A program made the translations under genes and the position numbers. 64,000 nucleotides of DNA from Opitutales bacterium. GTDB taxonomy: Bacteria; Verrucomicrobiota; Verrucomicrobiia; Opitutales; PNEW01. The notes under the pieces were generated by a model, which worked only from the letters and a program-made list of their open reading frames with translations, searched no databases and was not told the DNA's origin. Position 1 is the first letter of the stretch. The number at the start of each line of letters is the position of its first letter. Below are positions 52,698-63,540 of this stretch, piece by piece. The stretch covers positions 480,001 to 544,000 of the forward strand of contig CBDANS010000007.1 in the NCBI GenBank assembly GCA_965197745.1, written 5' to 3'.

Positions 52698-53027
52698 GAA
52701 AAATTAAATTCAGTTTCTGTTTATAGAAACTGGTAATCTGGACAATCACTGGTGAATGCATTCTTGTAAAAGGCAAGCATTAATAATTGATTAAATCATC
52801 CAACAATACTTCAAGGAATTTATGATCCTTATATCGAAAGTAATAGGATTTGAAATCCAGATGCTAAGCTTTATTTGTTACTTGTAAAAGAAAGAGAATT
52901 ATCTTTCCTCATAGTTAATATTTCAGAATTATACTTTAGATTTATATCCTTGGCAGAGCCTGAAAACACTCCTCTTTAATTTATGATCGCTGAACAGATT
53001 TTTTAAGGTATTTAATATTATTACCAT

Positions 53028-53957
53028 ATGAGTTCGCTGAAGATTATAATGATAGTATGTTCGACCTCAGTGGGGTTGATATCTGGATTGTGGGGCCAAC
53101 GGCCCAATCCGGAATTCCTGGATTTTAACAGTCCGGAGTCATGGGCGATGAAATATTTTACCTCCGCTTCAATTCTTTCCAGTTACAGCCCACCCCCAAA
53201 AAAAGATAGTGGTTCGCTTTATTTGATTCTTGAAATTGTCGAAGTCCCTGAACTTGGTGATTCTTACCGGCGGGTTGGATTTAATGGCACTAAACTGGAA
53301 GATTTGAACAAGGCACCGATACTTTTACGACCCGTTTTAAACTTTTATATTAAGCCAAGCGTATCATTCACGATAAGTTATGCCCCTCCCATTGAGGCCT
53401 GGGATGTGACTCCCAATCTTTTAGCTGGTTCATTAAATTGGACGGTTGTCGATTCCAGTTCCTGGCGATTGGGGCTCAAGTTATACGGACAGGTAGGTAG
53501 CGTGGAAGGAGATTTCACCTGTCCAGAATCAGTAGTAGCAGCTGGCGATGACCCCATACTTAATCCATTTGGATGTGATCAGGTATCCAGTGATACCGCT
53601 CATTTAGACTATTATGGCATTGAAGCCAGCGCGGCTTACCACATGGAAAAACTCAATGGATTGACGACATTTTTCGCGATCGGGGTAACCCATTTGGACA
53701 ACGAGTTCGATATAAACTCACGTTTATTTGGAGAACCTGATATCCGCACACAGGTATCGAGCGGAGACACGTTTAATATCAGTGGTGGAATGCTCTATCC
53801 CGTTACTGATAAAATTCAATTTGGCGTGCAGGTTTTTTACGCCCCGCTTGATGTTATACGCTTTGGGAAATCACAACCGGAAAACGATTCGTTAATTAAT
53901 GTACGTTTTCAACTATCCTACGCTTTTGGACATATAGGGAAATGGTGGGGCAAATAA
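53028..53957 (+). CDS. Hypothetical secreted protein, probable outer-membrane beta-barrel
   Basis: Signal-like N-terminus; amphipathic beta strands ending INVRFQLSYAF. Confidence 0.55.
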   Translation: MSSLKIIMIVCSTSVGLISGLWGQRPNPEFLDFNSPESWAMKYFTSASILSSYSPPPKKDSGSLYLILEIVEVPELGDSYRRVGFNGTKLEDLNKAPILLRPVLNFYIKPSVSFTISYAPPIEAWDVTPNLLAGSLNWTVVDSSSWRLGLKLYGQVGSVEGDFTCPESVVAAGDDPILNPFGCDQVSSDTAHLDYYGIEASAAYHMEKLNGLTTFFAIGVTHLDNEFDINSRLFGEPDIRTQVSSGDTFNISGGMLYPVTDKIQFGVQVFYAPLDVIRFGKSQPENDSLINVRFQLSYAFGHIGKWWGK

Positions 53958-54052
53958 ATCACTGCTCAATATATATTCAGCTCATACCTGGAAATACGAG
54001 TGACCTCAATACTGGAGATGAAGGATATCACACAGGATGTATTAAAAGGTAA

Positions 54053-54802
54053 ATGAGCGCCATACGCCAATTGATTGAGTCATCCGTGGGAAAAAAATAT
54101 CTCATGGCCATGACTGGTCTGGTCCTGGTTGTGTTTGTCTTGCTTCACATGCTGGGCAATTTGCAGATATTTATAGGCCCTGAAGCGCTTAATTTCTATG
54201 CGCACAAGCTGCAGACGCTTCCCGCTGCTCTAAAGTGGGGGTTTCGCCTTTTTCTATTAGCCTCGTTAGCCGTGCATGTATGGATGGCTACTCTTTTGAC
54301 GATTGAAAATCGCAAAGCGCGCCCCCAGAATAATGTTACGGAGGCTGTGGTTCAGGCGAGCTATGCCTCTAGGACCATGCGCTGGTCGGGATATATCCTT
54401 GTCGCATTTATTATTTTCCACCTGCTCCATTTTACGGTGCGTGTTGTCTTCGATTTTAGTAATCTGAGATACGATCTGCATGGTGAATTAGTTCACGATG
54501 TCTATGCCATGGTGATAATCGGATATTCTCATTGGTATGTTTCCCTCTTTTACATTCTATCCATGGGCTTGCTATGTATGCACCTTTCACACGGTATATC
54601 CAGCATGTTTCAATCCATGGGTTGGCGCAATGAGAATTGGCATCACCGACTAAACTTACTTGCCGTGGTATCAGGGTGGTTTATCTTTCTCGGGTTTGCC
54701 TCTATCCCCTTGAGTGTTCTTGCTTCACAATATTCAGAAATGAACTTGCTGCCCGTAAACGAAATTCTCGAACAGACTATGGATAAGGCATCCCATAAAT
54801 GA
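54053..54802 (+). CDS. sdhC: Succinate dehydrogenase cytochrome b subunit
   Basis: [36 protein letters not shown]. Confidence 0.93.
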   Translation: MSAIRQLIESSVGKKYLMAMTGLVLVVFVLLHMLGNLQIFIGPEALNFYAHKLQTLPAALKWGFRLFLLASLAVHVWMATLLTIENRKARPQNNVTEAVVQASYASRTMRWSGYILVAFIIFHLLHFTVRVVFDFSNLRYDLHGELVHDVYAMVIIGYSHWYVSLFYILSMGLLCMHLSHGISSMFQSMGWRNENWHHRLNLLAVVSGWFIFLGFASIPLSVLASQYSEMNLLPVNEILEQTMDKASHK

Positions 54803-56715
54803 ATCTTGATGCCAAAATACCCGATGGCTCCATCGCTGAATTGTGGGACCGCCATAAGTTCAACATCAAGTTGGTCAATCCTGCTAATAAACGCAGATAC
54901 CATATCATTGTCGTTGGGACGGGTCTCGCGGGTGCGTCCGCTGCCGCAACTCTCGGAGAGCTTGGCTATAATGTTTCCTGTTTTTGTTATCAGGATAGCC
55001 CACGACGCGCGCACAGTATAGCAGCTCAGGGAGGTATTAACGCGGCAAAAAATTATCAGAATGACGGGGACAGTGTTTACCGTCTATTCTATGATACGGT
55101 TAAGGGGGGTGACTTTCGTTCTCGTGAGGCAAATGTTTATCGCCTCGCTCAGCTCAGTGTGAATATTATCGACCAGTGTGTTGCCCAGGGCGTGCCCTTT
55201 GCACGCGAATACGGAGGTCTTCTCGACAACCGTTCTTTTGGCGGAGCTCAAGTCTCGCGAACTTTTTATGCGCGGGGTCAGACGGGTCAGCAACTTCTTC
55301 TCGGCGCCTACTCTGCGCTCAATCGCCAAATAGGTCTTGGCCAGGTAAAAATGTATAACCGCCATGAGATGCTCGACCTGGTAATTGTTAACGGTCATGC
55401 AAAAGGCATCATTGTCCGCAATCTGGCCACCGGTGCGATTCATCGATTTTCTGCAAATGCGGTGATTCTCGCCACTGGGGGTTATAGTAATGTCTATTAT
55501 CTTTCAACCGGAGCTGCGGGGTGTAACGTGACCGCAGCTTATCGCGCCTATCGACGCGGCGCGGGTTTTGCCAATCCCTGTTTTACGCAAATCCATCCTA
55601 CCTGTATACCGCAGGCAGGCGATCATCAGAGCAAGCTTACCCTGATGTCGGAATCACTGCGCAATGACGGGCGCGTCTGGGTTCCCAAGCGTAAAGAGGA
55701 CTGTGATATGGATCCACAAAGTATACCCGAGGATAGTCGCGATTATTATCTTGAACGAAAATACCCCAGTTTCGGCAATCTTGCGCCTCGCGATATATCC
55801 TCCCGTTCCGCGAAGGAGGTATGTGATGAAGGGCGCGGTGTAGGCCCGGGCGGACGCGGTGTATATCTCGATTTTGCCGATGCCATCGAGAGACACGGGC
55901 TCGATAGGATGGAAGAGCGTTACGGAAATCTTTTTCAGATGTATGAACGTATCACCGGGGAAAATGCCTATGAACGTCCCATGCGCATTTATCCCGCTCT
56001 CCATTACACGATGGGGGGATTGTGGGTGGACTATAACCTCATGAGTAATGTCCCGGGGCTTTTCGTCCTGGGTGAGGCAAACTTTTCAGATCACGGGGCA
56101 AATCGGTTGGGCGCCAGTGCCTTGATGCAAGGGTTAGCGGACGGGTACTTTGTAATTCCCTCCACGATATCGGATTATCTTGTCAATACTGGACCATCAG
56201 TCCCCTCTACGGACTCTATGTCATTTGAAAAAGCTGAAGGGGAGGTGAATGATAAATTGAATCACCTCCTCTCAATTAAAGGCAATCGCACGGCGCGCTC
56301 CTTCCACCGGAAACTCGGTCAGATAATCTGGGAACACTGCGGGATGTCTCGCAGCAGTGAGAGTCTGAAGGAAGCGCTGCGCCTATTGCCGGAGTTACGC
56401 GAAGAATTTTGGAATAATTTAAGTGTCCCGGGTGAAAATCGCGATCTTAACCAGGAACTGGAACGTGCCGGTCGTATCGCCGATTTTATCGAGTTTGCTC
56501 AACTTTTATGCTACGATGCTCTGGATCGTGATGAGTCTTGTGGTGCTCATTTCCGGGTAGAGCATCAGACAGAAGACAGCGAGGCGGTGCGCGATGACGA
56601 CGATTTTTCCCATGTCTCGGTGTGGGAATTTCAAGGAGATGATAAAGCGCCGAAAAAATACGAGGAAGAGCTTGAATTTACAGAGGTTCAGTTGACGACG
56701 CGAAGTTACAAATAA
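54799..56715 (+). CDS. sdhA: Succinate dehydrogenase/fumarate reductase flavoprotein
   Basis: [46 protein letters not shown]. Confidence 0.96.
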   Translation: MNLDAKIPDGSIAELWDRHKFNIKLVNPANKRRYHIIVVGTGLAGASAAATLGELGYNVSCFCYQDSPRRAHSIAAQGGINAAKNYQNDGDSVYRLFYDTVKGGDFRSREANVYRLAQLSVNIIDQCVAQGVPFAREYGGLLDNRSFGGAQVSRTFYARGQTGQQLLLGAYSALNRQIGLGQVKMYNRHEMLDLVIVNGHAKGIIVRNLATGAIHRFSANAVILATGGYSNVYYLSTGAAGCNVTAAYRAYRRGAGFANPCFTQIHPTCIPQAGDHQSKLTLMSESLRNDGRVWVPKRKEDCDMDPQSIPEDSRDYYLERKYPSFGNLAPRDISSRSAKEVCDEGRGVGPGGRGVYLDFADAIERHGLDRMEERYGNLFQMYERITGENAYERPMRIYPALHYTMGGLWVDYNLMSNVPGLFVLGEANFSDHGANRLGASALMQGLADGYFVIPSTISDYLVNTGPSVPSTDSMSFEKAEGEVNDKLNHLLSIKGNRTARSFHRKLGQIIWEHCGMSRSSESLKEALRLLPELREEFWNNLSVPGENRDLNQELERAGRIADFIEFAQLLCYDALDRDESCGAHFRVEHQTEDSEAVRDDDDFSHVSVWEFQGDDKAPKKYEEELEFTEVQLTTRSYK

Positions 56716-56734
56716 GAATAGAAGGAAGAGTTTG

Positions 56735-57490
56735 ATGAATCTAAAATTGCAAATTTGGCGACAAAAAAACACGTCGGACACAGGCCGGATCGTCAACTAT
56801 GAGCTGGAGAATATATCACCCGACTCGTCTTTTCTTGAAATGCTGGACTTGCTTAACGAACAACTCATTAAAAGAGGCGATGAACCTGTTGCTTTTGACC
56901 ACGATTGTCGGGAGGGAATTTGTGGCATGTGCAGCCTCACCGTGAATGGCATTCCGCACGGGCCCGAACGCGGCACTACAGTCTGCCAGCTTCATATGAG
57001 GCATTTCCATGACGGTGAAACGATAACCATAGAGCCGTGGAGGGCAAATGCCTTTCCGGTGATGAAAGATCTCGTCGTTGACCGCAGTGCATTTGAAAAA
57101 ATACAGCAAGCCGGCGGATTTATCACCGTGCGCACGGGAAGCGCTCCCGACGCCAACGGAATCCCGGTTCCTAAGGACACATCTGATTGGGCGATGAATA
57201 ACGCGACCTGCATTGGATGCGGTGCGTGCGTAGCTGCTTGTAAAAACGGCTCAGCGATGCTCTTTACGGCCGCGAAAATCAGCCACTTAAACTCATTGCC
57301 ACAGGGGAAACCGGAAGAGGATCGACGTGTCCTGGATATGGTTAAAGCGATGGACGATGCGGGTTTTGGAAATTGCACTAATTACGGTGAGTGCTCAGCG
57401 GTCTGCCCCAAAGAAATCACACTTGATGCGATTGCCCAATTAAATCGAGACTATGGTTTTGCGACGATTAAAACTTTTTTGGAAAAATAG
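56735..57490 (+). CDS. sdhB: Succinate dehydrogenase Fe-S subunit
   Basis: [32 protein letters not shown]. Confidence 0.96.
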   Translation: MNLKLQIWRQKNTSDTGRIVNYELENISPDSSFLEMLDLLNEQLIKRGDEPVAFDHDCREGICGMCSLTVNGIPHGPERGTTVCQLHMRHFHDGETITIEPWRANAFPVMKDLVVDRSAFEKIQQAGGFITVRTGSAPDANGIPVPKDTSDWAMNNATCIGCGACVAACKNGSAMLFTAAKISHLNSLPQGKPEEDRRVLDMVKAMDDAGFGNCTNYGECSAVCPKEITLDAIAQLNRDYGFATIKTFLEK

Positions 57491-57576
57491 ATTAAATTTA
57501 CCGGATTGAAAAGGCGGAATAGATTAGTCTGGTTTGTGCATATTAATTTTGTGCCATAATCGAAAACAGTACTGAG

Positions 57577-59142
57577 ATGGGAAAGTTAAGTGCCGTTAAT
57601 TCTACGGATATATTAGATGCTATTCGGCTGGGCTGCCAGACGATGAGTAATGTATTTAATGCGGACGATAATAACGTCCCGTTTTTTGTAGTGGAAGTTT
57701 TACCTCAGGCAAGGATGTATTTTTCGTCACATCACACTGAAGCACACGTTCCCGGTCGTCACTTGAATGCACTTTTAAATGCAAGAGCTACTGCGGGTAT
57801 TAATGTCGATGAACTAACGATTGAAAATCATGCAAATGCGGCCTTTTTTTCTTACAATGGTCCTCTCCCCGTCCCCCTTAACCGTAACAAGATTGACGGT
57901 CCCCTCCTAAACTTTATCCCCCATAATTTTCGGGAAGGGTTCCATGCTCTCTATGCTTTGGCTTTTTTTCGCAATGATGAGCGCGCGCTCAAATTAGCGG
58001 AAGAGAGTGTTAATGCCATCTGTAAATTATGGAATCCAGATAAGGGATGGGATTATGAATATTTAGAAGAGAAACTGGGTCTCAATGTGATGAAGGATGG
58101 AACCTTTATTACCGGACTCGCTCGATCGATAGGACCCCTTGTCAAAATCTACCGCACTTTGGGAATGGGGTCCGCGATGAATTTAGCGATCACGCTCAAA
58201 GTAAAAACGGTAAATGAATTTTTTAAAGAAGAGGGAAAATATGATAGTCAGCTATTGGGGACACACACGCACTCGACAACCTGTGTAATGTCATCCTTGG
58301 CCCAGTTAGCCGATGTGACTTCAGACACTCAACTCATGGAAAGAGTTCGCGCATTCTATGACCACGGTCTCTGGTCAATTCGCGATGCCCTTGGTTGGGT
58401 AAATGAAACTAGCAATCTCGAAGCCAATCCCGATAAAGGTGAAATTAACAATACGGGTGATATCGTCGAGACCGCACTCATTCTCGGGCGTCATGGATAC
58501 CCTCAATATTACGAAGATGCTGAATGTATATTGCGCAGTCACCTTCTTCCATCCCAGTTACGGGATATCTCCTTTATCAAAGAACCGGATAACCCAGAAA
58601 ATGAAGACGGGAAACGAGAATTCGCTCGGAGAATACGCGGAGCATTTGGTTTTCCTGCCCCCTATGGTCATCAGCCCATTGATTTAGACCTCGTTAAGTT
58701 TAATCTGGATATTGTCGGTGGTGGCGTTGACTCTCTATGTGAAGCTTATCGTGAAATTGTCCGGTTTGATGAAGGGGACCACAGAGTAAATATGCTCTTT
58801 GACTATGAAAATGATAATGTGGTTATAGAGTCACCCTATACCCATGACCATCTTCGTATAAAAATCAAACGGCCTGGACCCTTATTCGTGCGAATACCCT
58901 CATGGGTCGATCGCAGCAGTGTGATGGTCGATGGAAATGAGGGCGCGCCGCAAATCAAAAGTGGTTATTTGAAAATTGATCAACCTCGGCTGAATGAATG
59001 GATAAAGATTATATTTAACCTACCGCAAAGAGAATTAATATTAAAGCACAGGAGTAGAAATATACATGTTCGGTTGCGTGGAGATGCAGTTGTCGCGATG
59101 GATAATTTTGGCGCTGAACACACATTTTTTGATCCTTATTGA
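57577..59142 (+). CDS. Hypothetical protein, possibly GH127-like (alpha/alpha)6 barrel plus beta domain
   Basis: Long ORF; HTHS, GEINNTGD and C-terminal LFVRIPSW reminiscent of GH127-type proteins. Confidence 0.45.
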   Translation: MGKLSAVNSTDILDAIRLGCQTMSNVFNADDNNVPFFVVEVLPQARMYFSSHHTEAHVPGRHLNALLNARATAGINVDELTIENHANAAFFSYNGPLPVPLNRNKIDGPLLNFIPHNFREGFHALYALAFFRNDERALKLAEESVNAICKLWNPDKGWDYEYLEEKLGLNVMKDGTFITGLARSIGPLVKIYRTLGMGSAMNLAITLKVKTVNEFFKEEGKYDSQLLGTHTHSTTCVMSSLAQLADVTSDTQLMERVRAFYDHGLWSIRDALGWVNETSNLEANPDKGEINNTGDIVETALILGRHGYPQYYEDAECILRSHLLPSQLRDISFIKEPDNPENEDGKREFARRIRGAFGFPAPYGHQPIDLDLVKFNLDIVGGGVDSLCEAYREIVRFDEGDHRVNMLFDYENDNVVIESPYTHDHLRIKIKRPGPLFVRIPSWVDRSSVMVDGNEGAPQIKSGYLKIDQPRLNEWIKIIFNLPQRELILKHRSRNIHVRLRGDAVVAMDNFGAEHTFFDPY

Positions 59143-59558
59143 GATACAGTCTCCCTATAATTTATAACTTGCAGTCCATCAATCCCGGAAAATGTGGTTA
59201 CATTACGCGTCAGTATGGGCAACCCATGTTCACGCGCAACGGCAATAAACCATATATCGTTTGGCTTGAATGAAGGCAGGGGATCTCTCAGTTCAGCGAT
59301 CGCTTGCGCATAAAAATATAGAGTTTTGTCCGTGGGGACGATAGTGGGAAACTCTTCAATAAAAGGTTGAAAATCCCAAATACTAAAATTGGCATAAGTA
59401 ACGGCCTTAATGAATTCTCCCTTCGCAAACCAGGGGAGTCCGACAATAGCATCGCTATTATCACGGGCAAAGCGAATGGCATTGCCTGTTCCCTGCTGTT
59501 CTCGCCATAGATCAAAAAGAAAAATAGCGTCACTTAAATAATTAATAGCGAGAGTCAT
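59136..59558 (-). CDS. vapC: PIN-domain toxin (VapC-like)
   Basis: YLSDAIFLFD, GEF, NDIWFIAVAREHGLPILTRN..F; overlaps the antitoxin end. Confidence 0.8.
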   Translation of the reverse strand: MTLAINYLSDAIFLFDLWREQQGTGNAIRFARDNSDAIVGLPWFAKGEFIKAVTYANFSIWDFQPFIEEFPTIVPTDKTLYFYAQAIAELRDPLPSFKPNDIWFIAVAREHGLPILTRNVTTFSGIDGLQVINYRETVSQ

Positions 59559-59772
59559 TGCTCCAGCCGTTAGATTTATCAATTGCACTTTCAAAAACCT
59601 CCAGCGTCGTGGCATCCGGAGTAGGCAATCGTTGTACTGTCTTTAATATGTTTTTAAATGAACCATGCGTGGAAATCATGTTTTTGATAACCACAGAAAA
59701 TGAAACGTTATCATGATGTTTACACGCAAGAAGACGTTGATAGGCATCATCTGATATTTCAATTTTCTTCAT
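59542..59772 (-). CDS. vapB: Antitoxin (VapB, DUF217-like)
   Basis: MKKIEISDDAYQRL..K....SFS.VI pattern directly upstream of the PIN gene. Confidence 0.75.
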   Translation of the reverse strand: MKKIEISDDAYQRLLACKHHDNVSFSVVIKNMISTHGSFKNILKTVQRLPTPDATTLEVFESAIDKSNGWSNDSRY

Positions 59773-59953
59773 GTAACAACCGGTTAATTTAAAATTAAAG
59801 AGAGTTAAAATATAACCGAGTTCACACTTTGCAGCGAGGGAAAATGAAACGGTGGATTAAGATTTACTTAAAGTTTACATCTTAATGATTTTGTCTTATC
59901 TTTAAAAATAAATTGAAAATATTCCGGATTCATCGAAAGCAATAGACATATCT

Positions 59954-60742
59954 ATGCACAATTATTCTCGTAAAGAGATAGAACAAAAAATCGCGTCTGT
60001 TCATTGGTATCACAGCTTCGAACTCGTACCCGGTATCACGACACCTGGGATTGTTCCTTTCGATGCGGTTAAGATACTGGATATGATTCCGATAAAAAAT
60101 TTAGCGGGCAAACGAATCCTCGATATAGGAGCCTGGGATGGTCCACTCTCATTTGAACTTGAGAAGCGCGGGGCTTCAGTGGTTGCCATAGATATTCAAG
60201 ACCCCGAGGTGACCGGATTTAATATCGCAAAAGATATACTCCGTTCTGAAGTGGAATATATTCATGGCAGTGTTTATGATCTTAGTAATCTGACGCGTGG
60301 TCCGTTTGATATAGTGTTCTTTTTCGGTGTTTTTTATCACCTAAAAAATCCGCTTCTAGCTTTTGAAGAAATTAGCAAGCTGTTGAATCCACAGTCCCGT
60401 CTCTTTTTTGAAGGAGAATGTCTTTTACATTTTGCCGAGGATATAGAGGGTAAACCGCGGAAAGATATAGATATTGAGGCCCTGGGGCGATCGTCATTAC
60501 CTGTTTCTCTTTTTTACCCCGGTAAATACAAAAAAACATCGAACTGGATTGTACCCAATTTAGCCTGTATTCGATCCTGGCTTCAGGCTGCGGGCCTCGA
60601 ATTGGAAGTATATTACTTCGACAGTGATCCGGAGACAAAACCGTACCCTAAACAGCGAATCTCAGGTATTGCCAAACTTACCGGACTTCCCGTCGTAGAA
60701 GAACATCCACTGGCTCGATCGGTTCCACCCCTTAAGGATTAG
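59954..60742 (+). CDS. Class I SAM-dependent methyltransferase (DUF1698/CmoB-like)
   Basis: WYHSFEL, ILDIGAWDG, FDIVFFFGVFYHLKNP, NWIVPN. Confidence 0.85.
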   Translation: MHNYSRKEIEQKIASVHWYHSFELVPGITTPGIVPFDAVKILDMIPIKNLAGKRILDIGAWDGPLSFELEKRGASVVAIDIQDPEVTGFNIAKDILRSEVEYIHGSVYDLSNLTRGPFDIVFFFGVFYHLKNPLLAFEEISKLLNPQSRLFFEGECLLHFAEDIEGKPRKDIDIEALGRSSLPVSLFYPGKYKKTSNWIVPNLACIRSWLQAAGLELEVYYFDSDPETKPYPKQRISGIAKLTGLPVVEEHPLARSVPPLKD

Positions 60743-61015
60743 CATTAATTCGATAAGCCCCCTGACGCTCCCCTTAAGCTCCTCTTATCAATACCGATTA
60801 TTCTTATATTGGAAGGTCGATGGCATAGGGCACTGGGATTAGGAATAAACCATCGCCTACGACTGCCTTTTTCTCATTCCCGAACAATTAAAAGAAATAA
60901 ATATTAAGTATTTCAGTGACAAAGACGAAGAGAGCCTTAAGCAACTTACAAAATGGAGCCATGCAGATCAATGGCTTCACCCGGAATTCTCGGTCATGAT
61001 GAAAGGACAATTCAC

Positions 61016-61429
61016 ATGACCCGATTAAAAAAAATAAATCGACCTGAGGAAGCTTTTCAAATGGCTCCAATGATAGATATGGTTTTCCTGCTCCTCGTAT
61101 TCTTCATGTGTGTAAGCGCCCTCGCCCAGGCGGAAAAAAAAATAGAATTGGATCTTCCCGAATCTTCAGAAAGTGAGGTTGCGAATAATTTATCAAACCG
61201 GGGAAAAATCTCACTGGATAGAGAAGGGACTATTTATATAGCCGCGCAAAAGCACACCCTGAACGAAATGCAAAAACTAATCGGGAATGCATTAAAAAGC
61301 GATCCCGATCTTAAAATTCTGCTTCGCGCTGATAGGGAGACTCCCTACCGCGAAATTAAAAGAGTGTTAAAAACCTGCGCCGGGGTAGGAGCTAATGAAA
61401 TTATATATTCTACATACCAGTATAATTAA
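61016..61429 (+). CDS. exbD: Biopolymer transporter ExbD/TolR
   Basis: MAPMIDMVFLLLVFFM, LDLP, LRADRETPY; start MTRLKK after AAGGA. Confidence 0.9.
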   Translation: MTRLKKINRPEEAFQMAPMIDMVFLLLVFFMCVSALAQAEKKIELDLPESSESEVANNLSNRGKISLDREGTIYIAAQKHTLNEMQKLIGNALKSDPDLKILLRADRETPYREIKRVLKTCAGVGANEIIYSTYQYN

Positions 61430-61454
61430 AATAAATTGGAGGTATCTATAAACG

Positions 61455-61901
61455 ATGGCACGATTGCCGATGAAGGAATGGGCAAACCCCACCATGCCTA
61501 TTGCCCCGATGATTGACTGTGTTTTCCTCCTCCTCATTTATTTCATGATATCGGCAACGCTCGAACGGCAGGAAGCGGATATCTCTTTTCATCTTCCAGG
61601 TGTGATCGAGCAAAATGAGCCCCTTGATATGCCCGATGAGCAGATTATTGAGATCCTTGGTAATGGTCAGGTAATCGTTAACGACTATGCCTATGACGCA
61701 CCCGATGCTCTATATTTGGACGAGCTTGCCACTATGCTTTCGCGTTTCAAAGAAGCCAGTGATGCCAATAAAGTTGTAGCCATTATCACGATCGCACCTA
61801 TGGAAGTGGTGCAGCATCAGATAATCGTCAAAGTCATGGACGCTTGTGCCCGGGCTGATATTTCCCATGTAAACTTTTCGATAAACGAAGAAGTATATTA
61901 A
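61455..61901 (+). CDS. exbD: Biopolymer transporter ExbD/TolR (second copy)
   Basis: IAPMIDCVFLLLIYFM, VKVMDAC; GGAGG RBS. Confidence 0.88.
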   Translation: MARLPMKEWANPTMPIAPMIDCVFLLLIYFMISATLERQEADISFHLPGVIEQNEPLDMPDEQIIEILGNGQVIVNDYAYDAPDALYLDELATMLSRFKEASDANKVVAIITIAPMEVVQHQIIVKVMDACARADISHVNFSINEEVY

Positions 61902-61978
61902 ATTCACCACCACTTCCAGCGGTGAGGCATGGGGTATTTTGTGTTGCCATGGGCGACACTTAAATAGAGGGTATCGCC

Positions 61979-63385
61979 ATGTCTAAAAAGACACAGGCTA
62001 CATGGGGTGGAAGGTTTTCGGAAAGTCCCTCGGAACTGATGATACGTTTTAGCGAGTCGGTTTCCCTTGACCAACGATTAGCCCACTATGACGTGCGTTG
62101 CAGCAAGGCACACGCCGCGATGCTGTGCAAAATTGGCATCCTTAAAAAAAGTGAACGCGACGCCATCAATAAAGGCCTCACGGCTATTTTAAATAAAATT
62201 GAGAAAGGCAATTTTAAATGGAGCGTTCAATTAGAAGACGTTCACATGAATATTGAACAGGCATTGAACCGGCAAACTACTGCGGCTGCGAAGCTGCACG
62301 CGGCTCGCAGTCGTAATGACCAGGTGGCAGCTGATATGCGGTTGTTTTTCAAGGATGCCTGCAGTGAGATTAACGCGACATTGGTTAAATTGCTAAAGAC
62401 TCTTCTTAAGCTGGCTGAAGCCCATCAGGATGTATGTTTACCGGCTTACACCCATTTGCAGCGGGCCCAGCCGGTATCGCTGGCGCATCACTTATTGGCT
62501 TATATCGAAATGTTCGATCGCGATCGTCACCGCTTTGGCACCGTCTATGAACATGCCAATGTGTGCCCCCTCGGGTCCGGGGCTGTCGCTGGAACGACCT
62601 TACCCATTGACCGTGAATTTTTGGCTGAATATCTCGGCTTTGTTGATTCTAAAGGGCGTCCGCTTCTTACTCAAAACAGCATGGATGCGGTTGCCGATCG
62701 GGATCTTTTTATTGAATTTGCCTCTGCTTGCGCGCTGTGCGGCACCCATTTTTCGCGGGTGGCCGAAGATCTGATATTGTGGAGCAGCGCGGAATTTAAT
62801 TTCCTTACCCTGCCCGACGCTTTTACCACCGGTTCCAGTCTTATGCCCCAGAAAAAAAACCCGGACTCACTTGAACTACTCCGGGGAAAGGCGGCACGGT
62901 TACAGGGTCAACTGCAGACTCTCTTGACCTTGGTTAAAGGTCTGCCTCTGACTTACAATCGTGATTTACAAGAGGATAAACGCCCAGTCTTCGATGGCTA
63001 TGATGAATCGATAATCTCCCTCCAGGTATTGGAAAAGACACTCGCGAGGATAAAGGTAAACCGAGAGGTGTGCGCGGCTGCGGTTGCGGATGCCAGTTTA
63101 CTGGCTACTGATCTTGTAGATTACCTGGTAGAACGGGGCGCGCCCTTTCGTGAAGCGCACCAGGCAGTGGGCCGGTTGGTGGCCCTTGCTGAAAAAAATA
63201 ATGTGGCCCTGAATGAGTTGAATACAGCGCAAGTGCGCCGTGTTTATAAGCTGTTCGGAGAGGACTGGCATAACCTTTTTGACGCTAAAGCTTCCCTCCG
63301 GAAACGTGAGAAAATTGGCATGCCGGGACCTCGTCAAGTGGGGAAGCAGATTGCCCGCTGGCGCAAAATCCTCGCCAAGGGGTGA
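61979..63385 (+). CDS. argH: Argininosuccinate lyase
   Basis: [51 protein letters not shown]. Confidence 0.97.
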   Translation: MSKKTQATWGGRFSESPSELMIRFSESVSLDQRLAHYDVRCSKAHAAMLCKIGILKKSERDAINKGLTAILNKIEKGNFKWSVQLEDVHMNIEQALNRQTTAAAKLHAARSRNDQVAADMRLFFKDACSEINATLVKLLKTLLKLAEAHQDVCLPAYTHLQRAQPVSLAHHLLAYIEMFDRDRHRFGTVYEHANVCPLGSGAVAGTTLPIDREFLAEYLGFVDSKGRPLLTQNSMDAVADRDLFIEFASACALCGTHFSRVAEDLILWSSAEFNFLTLPDAFTTGSSLMPQKKNPDSLELLRGKAARLQGQLQTLLTLVKGLPLTYNRDLQEDKRPVFDGYDESIISLQVLEKTLARIKVNREVCAAAVADASLLATDLVDYLVERGAPFREAHQAVGRLVALAEKNNVALNELNTAQVRRVYKLFGEDWHNLFDAKASLRKREKIGMPGPRQVGKQIARWRKILAKG

Positions 63386-63400
63386 TGCGTATTCGCGTGA

Positions 63401-63437
63401 ATGCGGATATGCGGATATGCGGATATGCGGATATGCG
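63401..63437 (+). repeat. (ATGCGGAT)x4+ octamer tandem repeat after argH
   Basis: atgcggat atgcggat atgcggat atgcggat atgcg. Confidence 0.9.
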
Positions 63438-63540
63438 TTGATTCGATAATAGAATAAAATGAAGTAAAGATCTACCTGGGAAGAAGACGATAGGGCAGAC
63501 GAAGATCAATTGATGAACTTCGATCCATGCGGGACAATCT

